From: an uncultured Verrucomicrobiae bacterium
GTDB lineage: Bacteria > Verrucomicrobiota > Verrucomicrobiia > Chthoniobacterales > UBA10450
Assembly: GCA_963756875.1 (NCBI GenBank)
Contig: CAVWPA010000003.1
Coordinates: forward strand, 1,536,001 to 1,600,000
Length of the DNA: 64,000 nt
Direction of reading: 5' to 3'
Shown here: positions 8,318 to 16,333 of the stretch, piece after piece
Layout: every line of letters begins with the position of its first letter
How positions within the stretch are numbered: the stretch's first letter is position 1
The notes under the pieces: generated by a model
Told to the model about the DNA's origin: nothing
The model's input: the letters and a program-made list of their open reading frames with translations, nothing else
Databases searched by the model: none
Program-made: the position numbers and the translations under genes

Positions 8318-8806
8318 TTAGTAGTGCTCCCTCGGAGTGACCGTAACGCTCAACTTGCCGGAATCGATAGCAGCGATGATTCCGGCGGGAGTTTCTGCTG
8401 TTTTGAGGCCATGCACCCTAGATCTTACGACGACCTTATCCTGATAACGCAAAAAGTCGGCCTTGAGCGTCGCATACAGCGGAGATTTTGTGAAAGAGAG
8501 GCCAAGTAAGGCATACGCCTTCGCTTCTGCAGTCCCGTTGAAATAGGTTTGCCGGAGATAAGTCTCACGGTTTTTGTCCCCGAGCATTCTCTCGAAACAC
8601 ATTTGATTCATGTAGCCGACGGTTTCACCGGCGGCTCTATCCTGTTTGGTCAAGAGTGGGTCAGCCTCGCGCTCAGCAGCGGTGGAGAGATCAAAGGAAT
8701 CGACGACGCGCAACATAGCGTCGGTGCACGGGTCCTCGGGTGAATCGATGGCGAACGCACCGACAGCAAGGCTCACGGCAGCAAGCGTGAGAAAGGTTTG
8801 TTTCAT
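8318..8806 (-). CDS. Cassette: secreted hypothetical protein
   Basis: Signal peptide MKQTFLTLAAVSLAVGAFA. Confidence 0.7.
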   Translation of the reverse strand: MKQTFLTLAAVSLAVGAFAIDSPEDPCTDAMLRVVDSFDLSTAAEREADPLLTKQDRAAGETVGYMNQMCFERMLGDKNRETYLRQTYFNGTAEAKAYALLGLSFTKSPLYATLKADFLRYQDKVVVRSRVHGLKTAETPAGIIAAIDSGKLSVTVTPREHY

Positions 8807-8823
8807 AGCGCGCGAGGCTAGTC

Positions 8824-8946
8824 GTCTAACGAGACGGAAGTGACCTACCGCCACCGAGGGCGAGCGTCGGTCGAAGTGGAAGCGGATTAGTCATGGAAAG
8901 CGTGAGCGCACGGCGGGTGGCGGTTAGGTCCACTGATTGGTTAGAT
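8824..8946 (-). repeat. attC site
   Basis: gtctaac...gttagat, 123 bp. Confidence 0.9.
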
Positions 8947-8961
8947 GGTTTGTGGCAATCC

Positions 8962-9370
8962 TCATCGACGTGCAACGACGAATGTCACTGGAAACGAGAC
9001 GGTGCCTGAAATAGCACGACCGTGCCGCCGACCCGGCTTCCACTGACACTGGTGAACCGCCGATGTGACAATCTTCTCCAACTCAGAAGGCAAATGCGGT
9101 GCGAAAGCAAGTGATCGAACGCGACCCGCAGCATCCACGGTGACCGATACAGGACCTCTTGCCTTCGATGTGCCTGCGACGGAGGTCCACTGGATAGTCG
9201 AGGCCTTTTGCGAGACCTGGCTCGCCACCAACAGGCAGCGGCGGGGAATCGAGCTGCTTCTTGTCCCAAGTAAACTTGTTTTCGTACTGGTAGCTCACGC
9301 CGGGAGCAGTCGCCGCTGCCGACATCGCGACTGCAACCAACGCACCGACCGTCAAAACAAAAGGCTTCAT
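8962..9370 (-). CDS. Cassette: secreted TonB C-terminal domain protein (apparent frameshift ~9155)
   Basis: LDYPVDLRRRHIEG in one frame; VSVTVDAAGRV...WKPGRRHGRAI...FPVTF in the next. Confidence 0.7.
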
Positions 9371-9382
9371 AACGCGCTTACC

Positions 9383-9506
9383 ATCTAACGAGAACAAGAT
9401 CAGGTACGGCTACCGACACCGAGCTCTGATCGAAGTGAGTGTATTCTGGTCATCTTAAAACGTAAACACGCGCCGGGTAGCCGTTACCTGCATCGCCTGG
9501 TTAGAT
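9383..9506 (-). repeat. attC site
   Basis: atctaac...gttagat, 124 bp. Confidence 0.9.
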
Positions 9507-9510
9507 GCGA

Positions 9511-9885
9511 TCATCGTAATACACCTGGGTGCCGCTGTGCTAAGGCGTCGTAAAATGTGAAAGGCTGGCTGCGCTCCCAATCGGGTGAAACGGAATCGAG
9601 ATGCCCCAGCACGTCGGCAATCTGCGCGTCGCTTACGGTGCCGTAGTCGTCCTCGCGCATCTCGATGCTGGATCGCCATGTGTCTATCCGAAGATTCAGG
9701 TCGTCGCTCTCGGACTGACGCTCGTCCAGCGCATCGCGATAAGCGCGGTATTCCGCTTCGCGTGCGGGATCATCGATCCTATCGAGTAGCTGCGATGCTT
9801 CTGTCTTCGTGAGTTTGGGTGAGAATGAAACCCCAAAGAACTCTAGCTTCACTTTTTGGCGCTCAGTGGCTGGCTCGTCGCGCAT
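9511..9885 (-). CDS. Cassette: hypothetical protein (PATERQ..L..FG....LTK.EAS.L.D motif)
   Basis: ORF fills the cassette; ATG 5 nt after attC TAG. Confidence 0.7.
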   Translation of the reverse strand: MRDEPATERQKVKLEFFGVSFSPKLTKTEASQLLDRIDDPAREAEYRAYRDALDERQSESDDLNLRIDTWRSSIEMREDDYGTVSDAQIADVLGHLDSVSPDWERSQPFTFYDALAQRHPGVLR

Positions 9886-9888
9886 AGC

Positions 9889-10011
9889 ATCTAACGAGAA
9901 CAAGATGAGCCACCACTGGCGAGAGCGCGCGTGGCAGCGGGATGTGAGGTTCGAGTCATGGAAAACTTGGGCGTACGCCGGCCAGTGGTTGGCTCCATCG
10001 CCTGGTTAGGT
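9889..10011 (-). repeat. attC site
   Basis: atctaac...gttaggt, 123 bp. Confidence 0.92.
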
Positions 10012-10728
10012 CATTTGATCTCAATCTGAATGGGACTAGGAATGTAGTTTCCGCTTAGTGTAACTTTACTGTCTCCAGAAAGTGTGAGCTCGACCACTGG
10101 CTGGCCCGCACCGATCAGAGAGTAAATGAGTCGAGCCGACAAACCATCTTCTGCGATTTGTTTGGAATCCTTGCCGGACTCAAACGCACTGGAATTTGGC
10201 TCTGAGGATGGCCAGAAATCTAGGATCTTGGCAGGCTGTGCTAGGGAAAAACCCGAGACTTCGGCCACAAACACGATTGCGCCAAGAGGAACGTTTTTCG
10301 ATGAATTGAAGCGCAATGTCGCTACCTTTGTGCGCGTCCTTGTCGCTCACTTTGCATGATGCGAGCGAAAGGACAGGCGGGCTGGCTTGAACAGAGGTTT
10401 CTTTAAGGGATTTTTCGAGAGTTTGAATCTTGGCTGTCTTCTCGGCGTCGAGGCGCTGGAGCAGCTCAACTTGAGAAGCGAGTTTGGCTAATGCTTCACT
10501 TGCGGGGCCTGTATATCGCTCCAAAGCGATTGTCTTGAACGGTGCAAGCTGCGTCTCGAGTCTTCGAATTTCAGCGTTCTTCTCGCCAATTGTCCGCTCC
10601 AGTCCGCGATTTTCGTCATTTAACTTCGGCACCTGCAAAGCGAGGGGGACGAGACCAGCTATGATCACAGCGGCTGCTGCAACAAGCGCCGCCTGGACAG
10701 TAGCCTTCTTATACCATTTCGTTGCCAT
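10011..10728 (-). CDS. Cassette: membrane-anchored coiled-coil protein (apparent frameshift ~10330)
   Basis: Two overlapping ORFs (10180-10728, 10011-10316) that together fill one cassette. Confidence 0.6.
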
Positions 10729-10735
10729 GGCGCAG

Positions 10736-10846
10736 ATCTAACGAAAAAAGCTGAGCCACGGGCGACTGGCGGCGTGGGCACGTCTGAAAATGCTGTCGGA
10801 CAACTGCCCGCGCCAACGCCCGTTGGCTCCGGGCGACTGGTTAGGC
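10736..10846 (-). repeat. attC site, divergent type (111 bp)
   Basis: atctaac...gttaggc with gagccacgggcg / cgcccgttggctc arms. Confidence 0.85.
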
Positions 10847-11046
10847 CACAGCAACGTCCCAACTGCAAATAAATCATGGCGAATCAAAGCGCTCATAAAA
10901 TCTGACGGCTCCGCACTTGCTCGTCGCGTAAGCCTGCGCGAGCTGAACCCAAACTGAAATCTGAAATCTGACACATCTCAATTCTGTGAACGGACTGTCG
11001 CACCGGAACGAAACCGACTCAAACAAAATCCCAAAGACACGAAGTG

Positions 11047-11166
11047 GCCTAACGAGAACAAGATGAGCCACGCCGCCGAGAACGGAGTTGGCTGCAAGCT
11101 GAGGATTGAACTGCAAGAAAGCTCATAATCAAGTTGGGCGGCGTTGGCTCCATCGCATTGTTAGAC
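11047..11166 (-). repeat. attC site
   Basis: gcctaac...gttagac, 120 bp. Confidence 0.9.
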
Positions 11167-11607
11167 CTATTTGGACTTCGGCGTCTGCTCAACTTTATAT
11201 CCAGGCACCGTCCTGTCCGGCCCAATGATAATCTTGCTACCATCGGGCAACTCGTCCGGGTCGGATGGCAAATGCAGTTTCCAAGTGATGAACTCGACGC
11301 TCGGCGTTTTGGGATCCTTCGCACCCGGAATGGGAACGAGAACGCCGTACAAGCGGAGTCTCATATGTTTTTCAGCGGCCTTCATATACGCGGGTCCAAG
11401 AAAATTAACCGTCTGCTTTGTAGCGCCGAGCAGAACGACATTCCCGCCCGTGTTGCCCTGCACGGTTTTGTCGGCCCGAAACATCAGTTGTCCGTCCTGC
11501 ATGATCGGGTCGCCCGTGATCCATATTGCATACTTTGCTGGATCATCGGCTGCGAACACGGCGATGCTGCGGGCGACAAGCAACAAGACAACCAGGAAAC
11601 AGCGCAT
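11167..11607 (-). CDS. Cassette: secreted hypothetical protein
   Basis: Signal peptide; ORF fills the cassette exactly. Confidence 0.75.
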   Translation of the reverse strand: MRCFLVVLLLVARSIAVFAADDPAKYAIWITGDPIMQDGQLMFRADKTVQGNTGGNVVLLGATKQTVNFLGPAYMKAAEKHMRLRLYGVLVPIPGAKDPKTPSVEFITWKLHLPSDPDELPDGSKIIIGPDRTVPGYKVEQTPKSK

Positions 11608-11609
11608 GG

Positions 11610-11732
11610 GTCTAACGAGAATAAGCTGAGCGGATCGCTGCCTGAACCGAGGCTGAAATGCGGAATGAGTGTTTAGTCATGGAAAATGTAAGCGCACAAC
11701 GGGCAGCGATTGGCTCAAGCGCCTGGTTAGAT
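11610..11732 (-). repeat. attC site
   Basis: gtctaac...gttagat, 123 bp. Confidence 0.92.
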
Positions 11733-11870
11733 CCAAACCGTGCCATGTCGCGGTAGCGGTTTTGGTGTCCATCACCACGACGGAAGGCATAACCGCAAAG
11801 ATGTCCACTCGCTCTTTCACCGCGTGTGATCTCGCTGACAGAACTCATAAAATCGCTCGCAGCCGTTTGG

Positions 11871-11993
11871 ATCTAACGAGAACAAGCTGAGCGCATCGCT
11901 GTCGAAACCGAGGCCGAAATGCGCGATGAATTTCTAGTCATGAAAAATGTAAGCGCACAACGGGCAGCGATTCGCTCCAGCGCCTGGTTAGGT
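11871..11993 (-). repeat. attC site
   Basis: atctaac...gttaggt, 123 bp; closely similar to 11610-11732. Confidence 0.92.
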
Positions 11994-12335
11994 CTATAGG
12001 TAGCCACCACACTGGAACTCTGTCGAGCCCAGCTTGCATGAGCAACTGACCTGTCCGCCCTGAGGCCAAGTCGGACTGTACGTGAAACTGAGGAAGCCAT
12101 GCTTGGTATCGTAGTGGAACTTGGGTTCTGATGGCAGCGCAGCGAGATATAAAGGCACCAACTGCTGAAGCGAAGTCGGAAATCGCCGATGATCGTGATC
12201 GTAGCGCTGGATAGCGACGGCGACCGCTGACGCCCTAGCCTTCAATCGGACGCCCGCTGGGTCTTCGCCCGCCTGCCACGGAAAGCACGCACCAAGCAGA
12301 AGTGTGACAACCGTCAGCCCAATCACGCGTCTCAT
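11994..12335 (-). CDS. First cassette: small lipoprotein
   Basis: LLLGAC lipobox; FPTSLQQLVP.YL..LP motif; ATG 4 nt after attI TAG. Confidence 0.75.
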   Translation of the reverse strand: MRRVIGLTVVTLLLGACFPWQAGEDPAGVRLKARASAVAVAIQRYDHDHRRFPTSLQQLVPLYLAALPSEPKFHYDTKHGFLSFTYSPTWPQGGQVSCSCKLGSTEFQCGGYL

Positions 12336-12337
12336 AG

Positions 12338-12367
12338 ACCTAACGAGAATTAGACGAATTTTTTCGC
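12338..12367 (-). other. Putative attI site
   Basis: Top strand gcgaaaaaattcGTCTAATtctcGTTAGGT: R box plus inverted L-like box, no attC palindrome, directly after the intI stop. Confidence 0.7.
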
Positions 12368-13393
12368 CTAATTCTGGATTTGGCGGTTATCCGATCCCAT
12401 CGTTCGCGGGTCATCAAGAGGGCTCTGGATCGCGAGCCCGGGTTTGTTCAGGACATGGGTATAAATCATCGTGGTCGAGACGTCCTTGTGGCCGAGCAAC
12501 TCCTGGACGTTACGAATATCGGAGCCGTATTCAAGCAAATGCGTGGCAAAAGAGTGTCGAAAGGTGTGGCAACTTGCTGCCTTGGGTATCACGCGTCCGT
12601 TGGACGGCCAATTTAACAGCATTTTGGAGGTTCTTTTCAAGACGAATGGTGTCGGCGGAGCTCGCCGGAGAGCGGGTCGATGGAAAGTTTGTTGGCCGGG
12701 AAAACATACTGCCATGGCCACGCGCGGCTGGCGTTGCGATATTTGCGTTCCAAGGCAAAGGGGAGATAGACGCGGCCGCCGCCGCCGGCGAGATCCCGCT
12801 CGTGCAACGCCTGTACATGGGCCAGATGTAACTCGGAGCCGGCGTCGCAGACGTTGCGGCAAGAGCGTTCTGCGTTGACGCAATCCTTTGCCGTCGCGCA
12901 CCGTGATTTGACCGTATCCGAAATCGACGTCTTTGACGCGCAGGCGCACGCATTCCATCAAACGCAGGCCGGCGCCATAAAGCAGTTCGGCCATCAGCTG
13001 ATGCTCGCCGTTCATTTTTTTAAGGACCGAGCGCGTTTCGGCAGGGGTAAAGACGACGGGTAGCTTGGGCGGGCGCGTGACGCGCTGGATGTCATCGATG
13101 AAACTCAGCTTGCGATCGAGCACGTGGTGGTAAAGAAAAAGCAGCGCGCTGAACGCCTGATTCTGTGTGGAGGCGGCGACGCGTTTATTGACGGCGAGAT
13201 GGCTAAGAAACTGCGATATCTCTGCCTCGCCCATTTCGTTCGGGTGACGTTTGCCCTGGAACAGAATGTAACGCCGGATCCAATCGACGTACGCTTCTTC
13301 GGTGCGAATGCTGTAATGTTTAACCCGTAGCTGCCATCGGACGCGGTCCAGCAATTTTGGGGAGGACGCAACGGTGGCGGTCGTGGGCTTCAC
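12368..13393 (-). CDS. intI: Integron integrase (three compensating internal frameshifts)
   Basis: [52 protein letters not shown]. IntI-specific WPWQYVFP...[11 protein letters not shown] patch is in an alternative frame. Confidence 0.93.
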   Translation of the reverse strand: MKPTTATVASSPKLLDRVRWQLRVKHYSIRTEEAYVDWIRRYILFQGKRHPNEMGEAEISQFLSHLAVNKRVAASTQNQAFSALLFLYHHVLDRKLSFIDDIQRVTRPPKLPVVFTPAETRSVLKKMNGEHQLMAELLYGAGLRLMECVRLRVKDVDFGYGQITVRDGKGLRQRRTLLPQRLRRRLRVTSGPCTGVARAGSRRRRRPRLSPLCLGTQISQRQPRVAMAVCFPGQQTFHRPALRRAPPTPFVLKRTSKMLLNWPSNGRVIPKAASCHTFRHSFATHLLEYGSDIRNVQELLGHKDVSTTMIYTHVLNKPGLAIQSPLDDPRTMGSDNRQIQN

Positions 13394-13429
13394 GGTTCGG
13401 CGATGATTTCAGAGAGCCCGGGTAATGAC

Positions 13430-13650
13430 AAGCAGGCGGTTCGGCAAGCTGCCGGACCGGACAGGCTGGTTGCCTTTTCTCCCCGGATGGGACGAAGCGA
13501 GGCGCGTCGGCTACAGGGATCGACTATCGAGGATCTAGCATCCAGCAGCGATCAGGAGGAAGAGGAAGAGGAAGAGTGAACAGACGGGAAGCAGGCTGCT
13601 TTCCCTACAGAGGGTCGCGGCGCAGGCGACACGCCTGCCACTACAGGAGG
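13430..13650. repeat. Cluster of REP-like half-sites and short repeats
   Basis: gggaagcaggctgctttccctacag, gcaggcgacacgcctgccactacag, gaagag tandem repeats. Confidence 0.6.
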
Positions 13651-13661
13651 GGCGGAAGGGA

Positions 13662-14012
13662 TCAAGCGGTGGCGAGGGCGGTTTCGACGTCGGGGAAGAT
13701 GCGGAAGACCTGGTCGAGGCGCGCGATTTCGAAGATGGTCTGGACATCTTTGCTCAAACCGGCGATGGCGAATTTGCCGCCGTATTTCCCGACGTTTTGC
13801 ATGGCTTCGATCAAAACCGCGAGGCCGGAGCTGTCCATGTATGTGACGCGCGAAAGATCGACTGTTAGTTGCGCCGGTTTTTTGTCGATTATCGCCCGGA
13901 GGGTCTCAGCCACTTTGGGTGAGACATGCAAGTCGATTTCGCCTTCAAGCGGTAAAACGTTGGGCGAATCCTTGCGTGGAGTGGGGCCGGCCGGTGATGC
14001 GCTTTTCTTCAT
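13662..14012 (-). CDS. STAS-domain anti-sigma factor antagonist
   Basis: LEGEIDL...VDLSRVTYMDSSGLAVL. Confidence 0.9.
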   Translation of the reverse strand: MKKSASPAGPTPRKDSPNVLPLEGEIDLHVSPKVAETLRAIIDKKPAQLTVDLSRVTYMDSSGLAVLIEAMQNVGKYGGKFAIAGLSKDVQTIFEIARLDQVFRIFPDVETALATA

Positions 14013-14034
14013 TCGATTTCCAATCGCCGGCCAA

Positions 14035-14772
14035 TTACCAACCGAGCTTGTTTATTAGACGGTCAACGTCGGAAAGATCATCAATTAAAATATCAGGCTG
14101 ATGTTTTGCGAGCTGTTGGCGGCTCCATGTGCCGGTTGCGACGGCAATCGTGCGTGCGCCGAGCGCCTTGCCACATGCGATGTCGCGCGGCGTGTCGCCG
14201 ATGACGTCGATTTCGTCCGCGGAAAATTCGCACCCGTGTTTTTCATTGGCGCGCGCCCGGGCAAATGGTCCGAGCTGGTTGCGGTCTTGGTGGTCGTCGG
14301 CGAACGCGCCGAATTCGAAAAAGTGCCAGACGCCGTACTGTTCGAGTTTTAATTGCGCGCCGCGCGAGACGTTGCCGGTGAGCAGCGCGAGAACGAGGTG
14401 CTTTCGCGATTTCAATTTTTCGAGCAACTCGAGCACGCCGGGGAGCAGTTTGCCTTCGCGGCGAGGCAGTTCGAGCGACAGAAAATGGACGTAACTGTCG
14501 AGGAACGCGGTGAGAGTTTCGGGCGTTACGGGAATTTTGTGCTTGTTCAGGATGCTGGTGACGATGCCGGAATCGGTCACGCCGGCGATCTCGATGTCGT
14601 GCAGGTCGTCATCGATTCCGTGAAGCTCGGCGAGGACGCGTTTGAGCGCCTGGACGCCGGCGCCGCCGGAATGAATGAGGGTGCCATCAATGTCGAAGAG
14701 GAGAAGGCGCTTTATTATTGCGGAGTGCGGAGTGGTCCGAGCCGGACTGGCATTTATTTCGGAATGGGCCAT
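14035..14772 (-). CDS. HAD-family hydrolase (start uncertain, N-terminus repeat-derived)
   Basis: LLFDIDGTL, LLTGN, VIGDTPRDI. Confidence 0.85.
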   Translation of the reverse strand: MAHSEINASPARTTPHSAIIKRLLLFDIDGTLIHSGGAGVQALKRVLAELHGIDDDLHDIEIAGVTDSGIVTSILNKHKIPVTPETLTAFLDSYVHFLSLELPRREGKLLPGVLELLEKLKSRKHLVLALLTGNVSRGAQLKLEQYGVWHFFEFGAFADDHQDRNQLGPFARARANEKHGCEFSADEIDVIGDTPRDIACGKALGARTIAVATGTWSRQQLAKHQPDILIDDLSDVDRLINKLGW

Positions 14773-15420
14773 TGCGGAATGACGGATTTTCGATTGGGGA
14801 TGGGGAGTTGTCCAGGACGGAGCGGGGAGCGGAGGAGAATTTTCACAGAAGGTAGCGAAGGCAACGAAGAATTCGCGGAAGGGAATAGTAAGCAAACGCC
14901 GAACGCCCAACCCCGAAGGGATTCGGGGCCGTCCATCGGCGGGCGCCGAACGTCCAATGTTGAAGGCAGAGGACGGAGGACGGAGGACAGAGGACAGAGG
15001 ACAGAGGACGGAGGACGGAGGGGGAAGGGGATTGAAGAGCACCAAATTCCAAGCATCAACTCCGAAAGTCTTCGCGAGCGGGCCTCCAGGGAAGCTCCAA
15101 TCTTCAAGTTCCAAAGCGCGAGCATGCGAGCCTTCGTTAACTTCGTTTCCTTTTGTGCAAATTTCCGGGTTGGGTTTTGCAGAGAAGAATTTTCACAGAA
15201 GACAACGAAGGAAACAAAGAATTCGCGGAGGGGAAGAAGCAAACGCCGAACGCCCAACGCCCAACGCCGAACGTCCAATGTTGAAGGCAGAGGGGAGATC
15301 TAGCATCCAGTCCGCCATCGGACGGACTCGCCGTGGCGAGCATCCAGAATCTAGAATCGATCATGATCAGGAGCATGATCATGATCATGAGCGGGAGCGG
15401 GAGCGGGAGAAAACAGCGAT
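14720..15420. repeat. Mosaic of short tandem (mostly 7-mer) repeats
   Basis: (gaggaca/gaggacg)n, (aacgccg/aacgccc)n, caaattccaagca, (atcatg)n, (gagcgg)n. Confidence 0.85.
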
Positions 15421-15423
15421 CGG

Positions 15424-15930
15424 TCAGGGGCGGGGGGAGTGCATTAGGAGGACGGCGATCATGCTGCCGAGGAATGTGAGGATTGCGACGGCGGCGACGC
15501 CGAAAATGGCTGTGCGGACGGGGTCGCGATTTTTGGCCCGGCGCGGGAACGGCGAGGCGTTTGAAAAATCGACGGGGGCCGCGCTCATTTCCGCCGGTTT
15601 GGCTTCGATTTCCTCGAGCACGGGAAGAGGCTGGGAGCCGCGGATGTCCGGCTCGAAACGGGCTTCAATTTTGCCGAAACGGATGCGGTCGTCGAAACGA
15701 AGCGCAGTTTCGGTGACGGGAATTCCGTTGACGCGGGTGCCGTTGGTCGATTCGAGATCTTTGACGCGATAAATTTCGCCGGTGAGCTCCAGTTGCGCGT
15801 GACGGCTGGAAACGGAGGGATCGTCGATGACGATCATGTTATCGGGAGCGCGGCCGATGGTGACGAGGTCCTCGGTGAATTCGTAGGCGACTTTGCCCTG
15901 GGCTTCAGTGGTTAGAACCAGTTTGGGCAT
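15424..15930 (-). CDS. FHA domain protein with C-terminal TM helix
   Basis: TIGRAPDN...SVSSRHA...KDLESTNGTRVNG. Confidence 0.9.
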   Translation of the reverse strand: MPKLVLTTEAQGKVAYEFTEDLVTIGRAPDNMIVIDDPSVSSRHAQLELTGEIYRVKDLESTNGTRVNGIPVTETALRFDDRIRFGKIEARFEPDIRGSQPLPVLEEIEAKPAEMSAAPVDFSNASPFPRRAKNRDPVRTAIFGVAAVAILTFLGSMIAVLLMHSPRP

Positions 15931-16014
15931 GTCTTTAATAATATTGCAGGGAGGCTGGGTTGGGCGCCAGTTCAAAAAAAGGCGTTTCGCCGAAACGCCC
16001 TGAAATTTGGAGTG

Positions 16015-16296
16015 CGAGGAGGCGGAGAATTCTCACAGAAGACAACGAAGGAAACAAAGGGTTGGAAGAAAACGCCGAACGCCGAACGCCCAACCCCCAA
16101 CCCCGAACGTCCAATGTTGAAGGCAGAAGGGCGGGTTCAATGACAGAGGACAGAGGACAGAGGACAGAGGACAGAGGACAGAGGACAGAGGACAGAGGGA
16201 AAGTTCGTGACGGCGGGACGCCATCACCAACACGCGAGACGCGTGTGCTCCCCGGAACAATGTCGAAGACAGAGGACGGGGCGCTTGCCCTACAAT
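16015..16296. repeat. Repeat mosaic including about 8 copies of gacagag and REP half-sites
   Basis: Direct reading; same modules as 14720-15420. Confidence 0.85.
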
Positions 16297-16324
16297 TGAC
16301 CCACTGGGCCCGCGCCCGCATAGT
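16296..16324 (+). promoter_or_regulatory. Putative sigma70 promoter of lepA (very short leader)
   Basis: TTGACC-17-CATAGT, 9 nt before ATG, no SD. Confidence 0.55.
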
Positions 16325-16333
16325 GCGACTTTC

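Larger units (their letters stand above)
107..13393 (-). mobile_element. Chromosomal integron: intI + attI + array of 18 gene cassettes (array may continue beyond the window start)
   Basis: IntI-type tyrosine recombinase next to 18 RYYYAAC...GTTRRRY palindromic sites each separating one (rarely two or zero) ORFs. Bases flanking each cassette's GTT and AAC ends are complementary over about 7-13 bp (e.g. gttagatccaaac/gtttggatctaac). Confidence 0.95.

Noticed and set aside
107..11993. Regularly recurring repeats as a CRISPR array
   Set aside because: Repeats are ~123 bp and divergent, separated by whole genes, with attC boxes and an adjacent IntI; no cas genes.
12304..13330. Plus-strand ORFs overlapping intI
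   Set aside because: Antisense shadows of intI, as are the long shadow ORFs over lepA, ubiD, dnaX and pur genes.
13394..13440. LexA/SOS box upstream of intI
   Set aside because: No CTGT-N8-ACAG or TGTTC-N4-GAACA match visible between the candidate promoter and the start codon.
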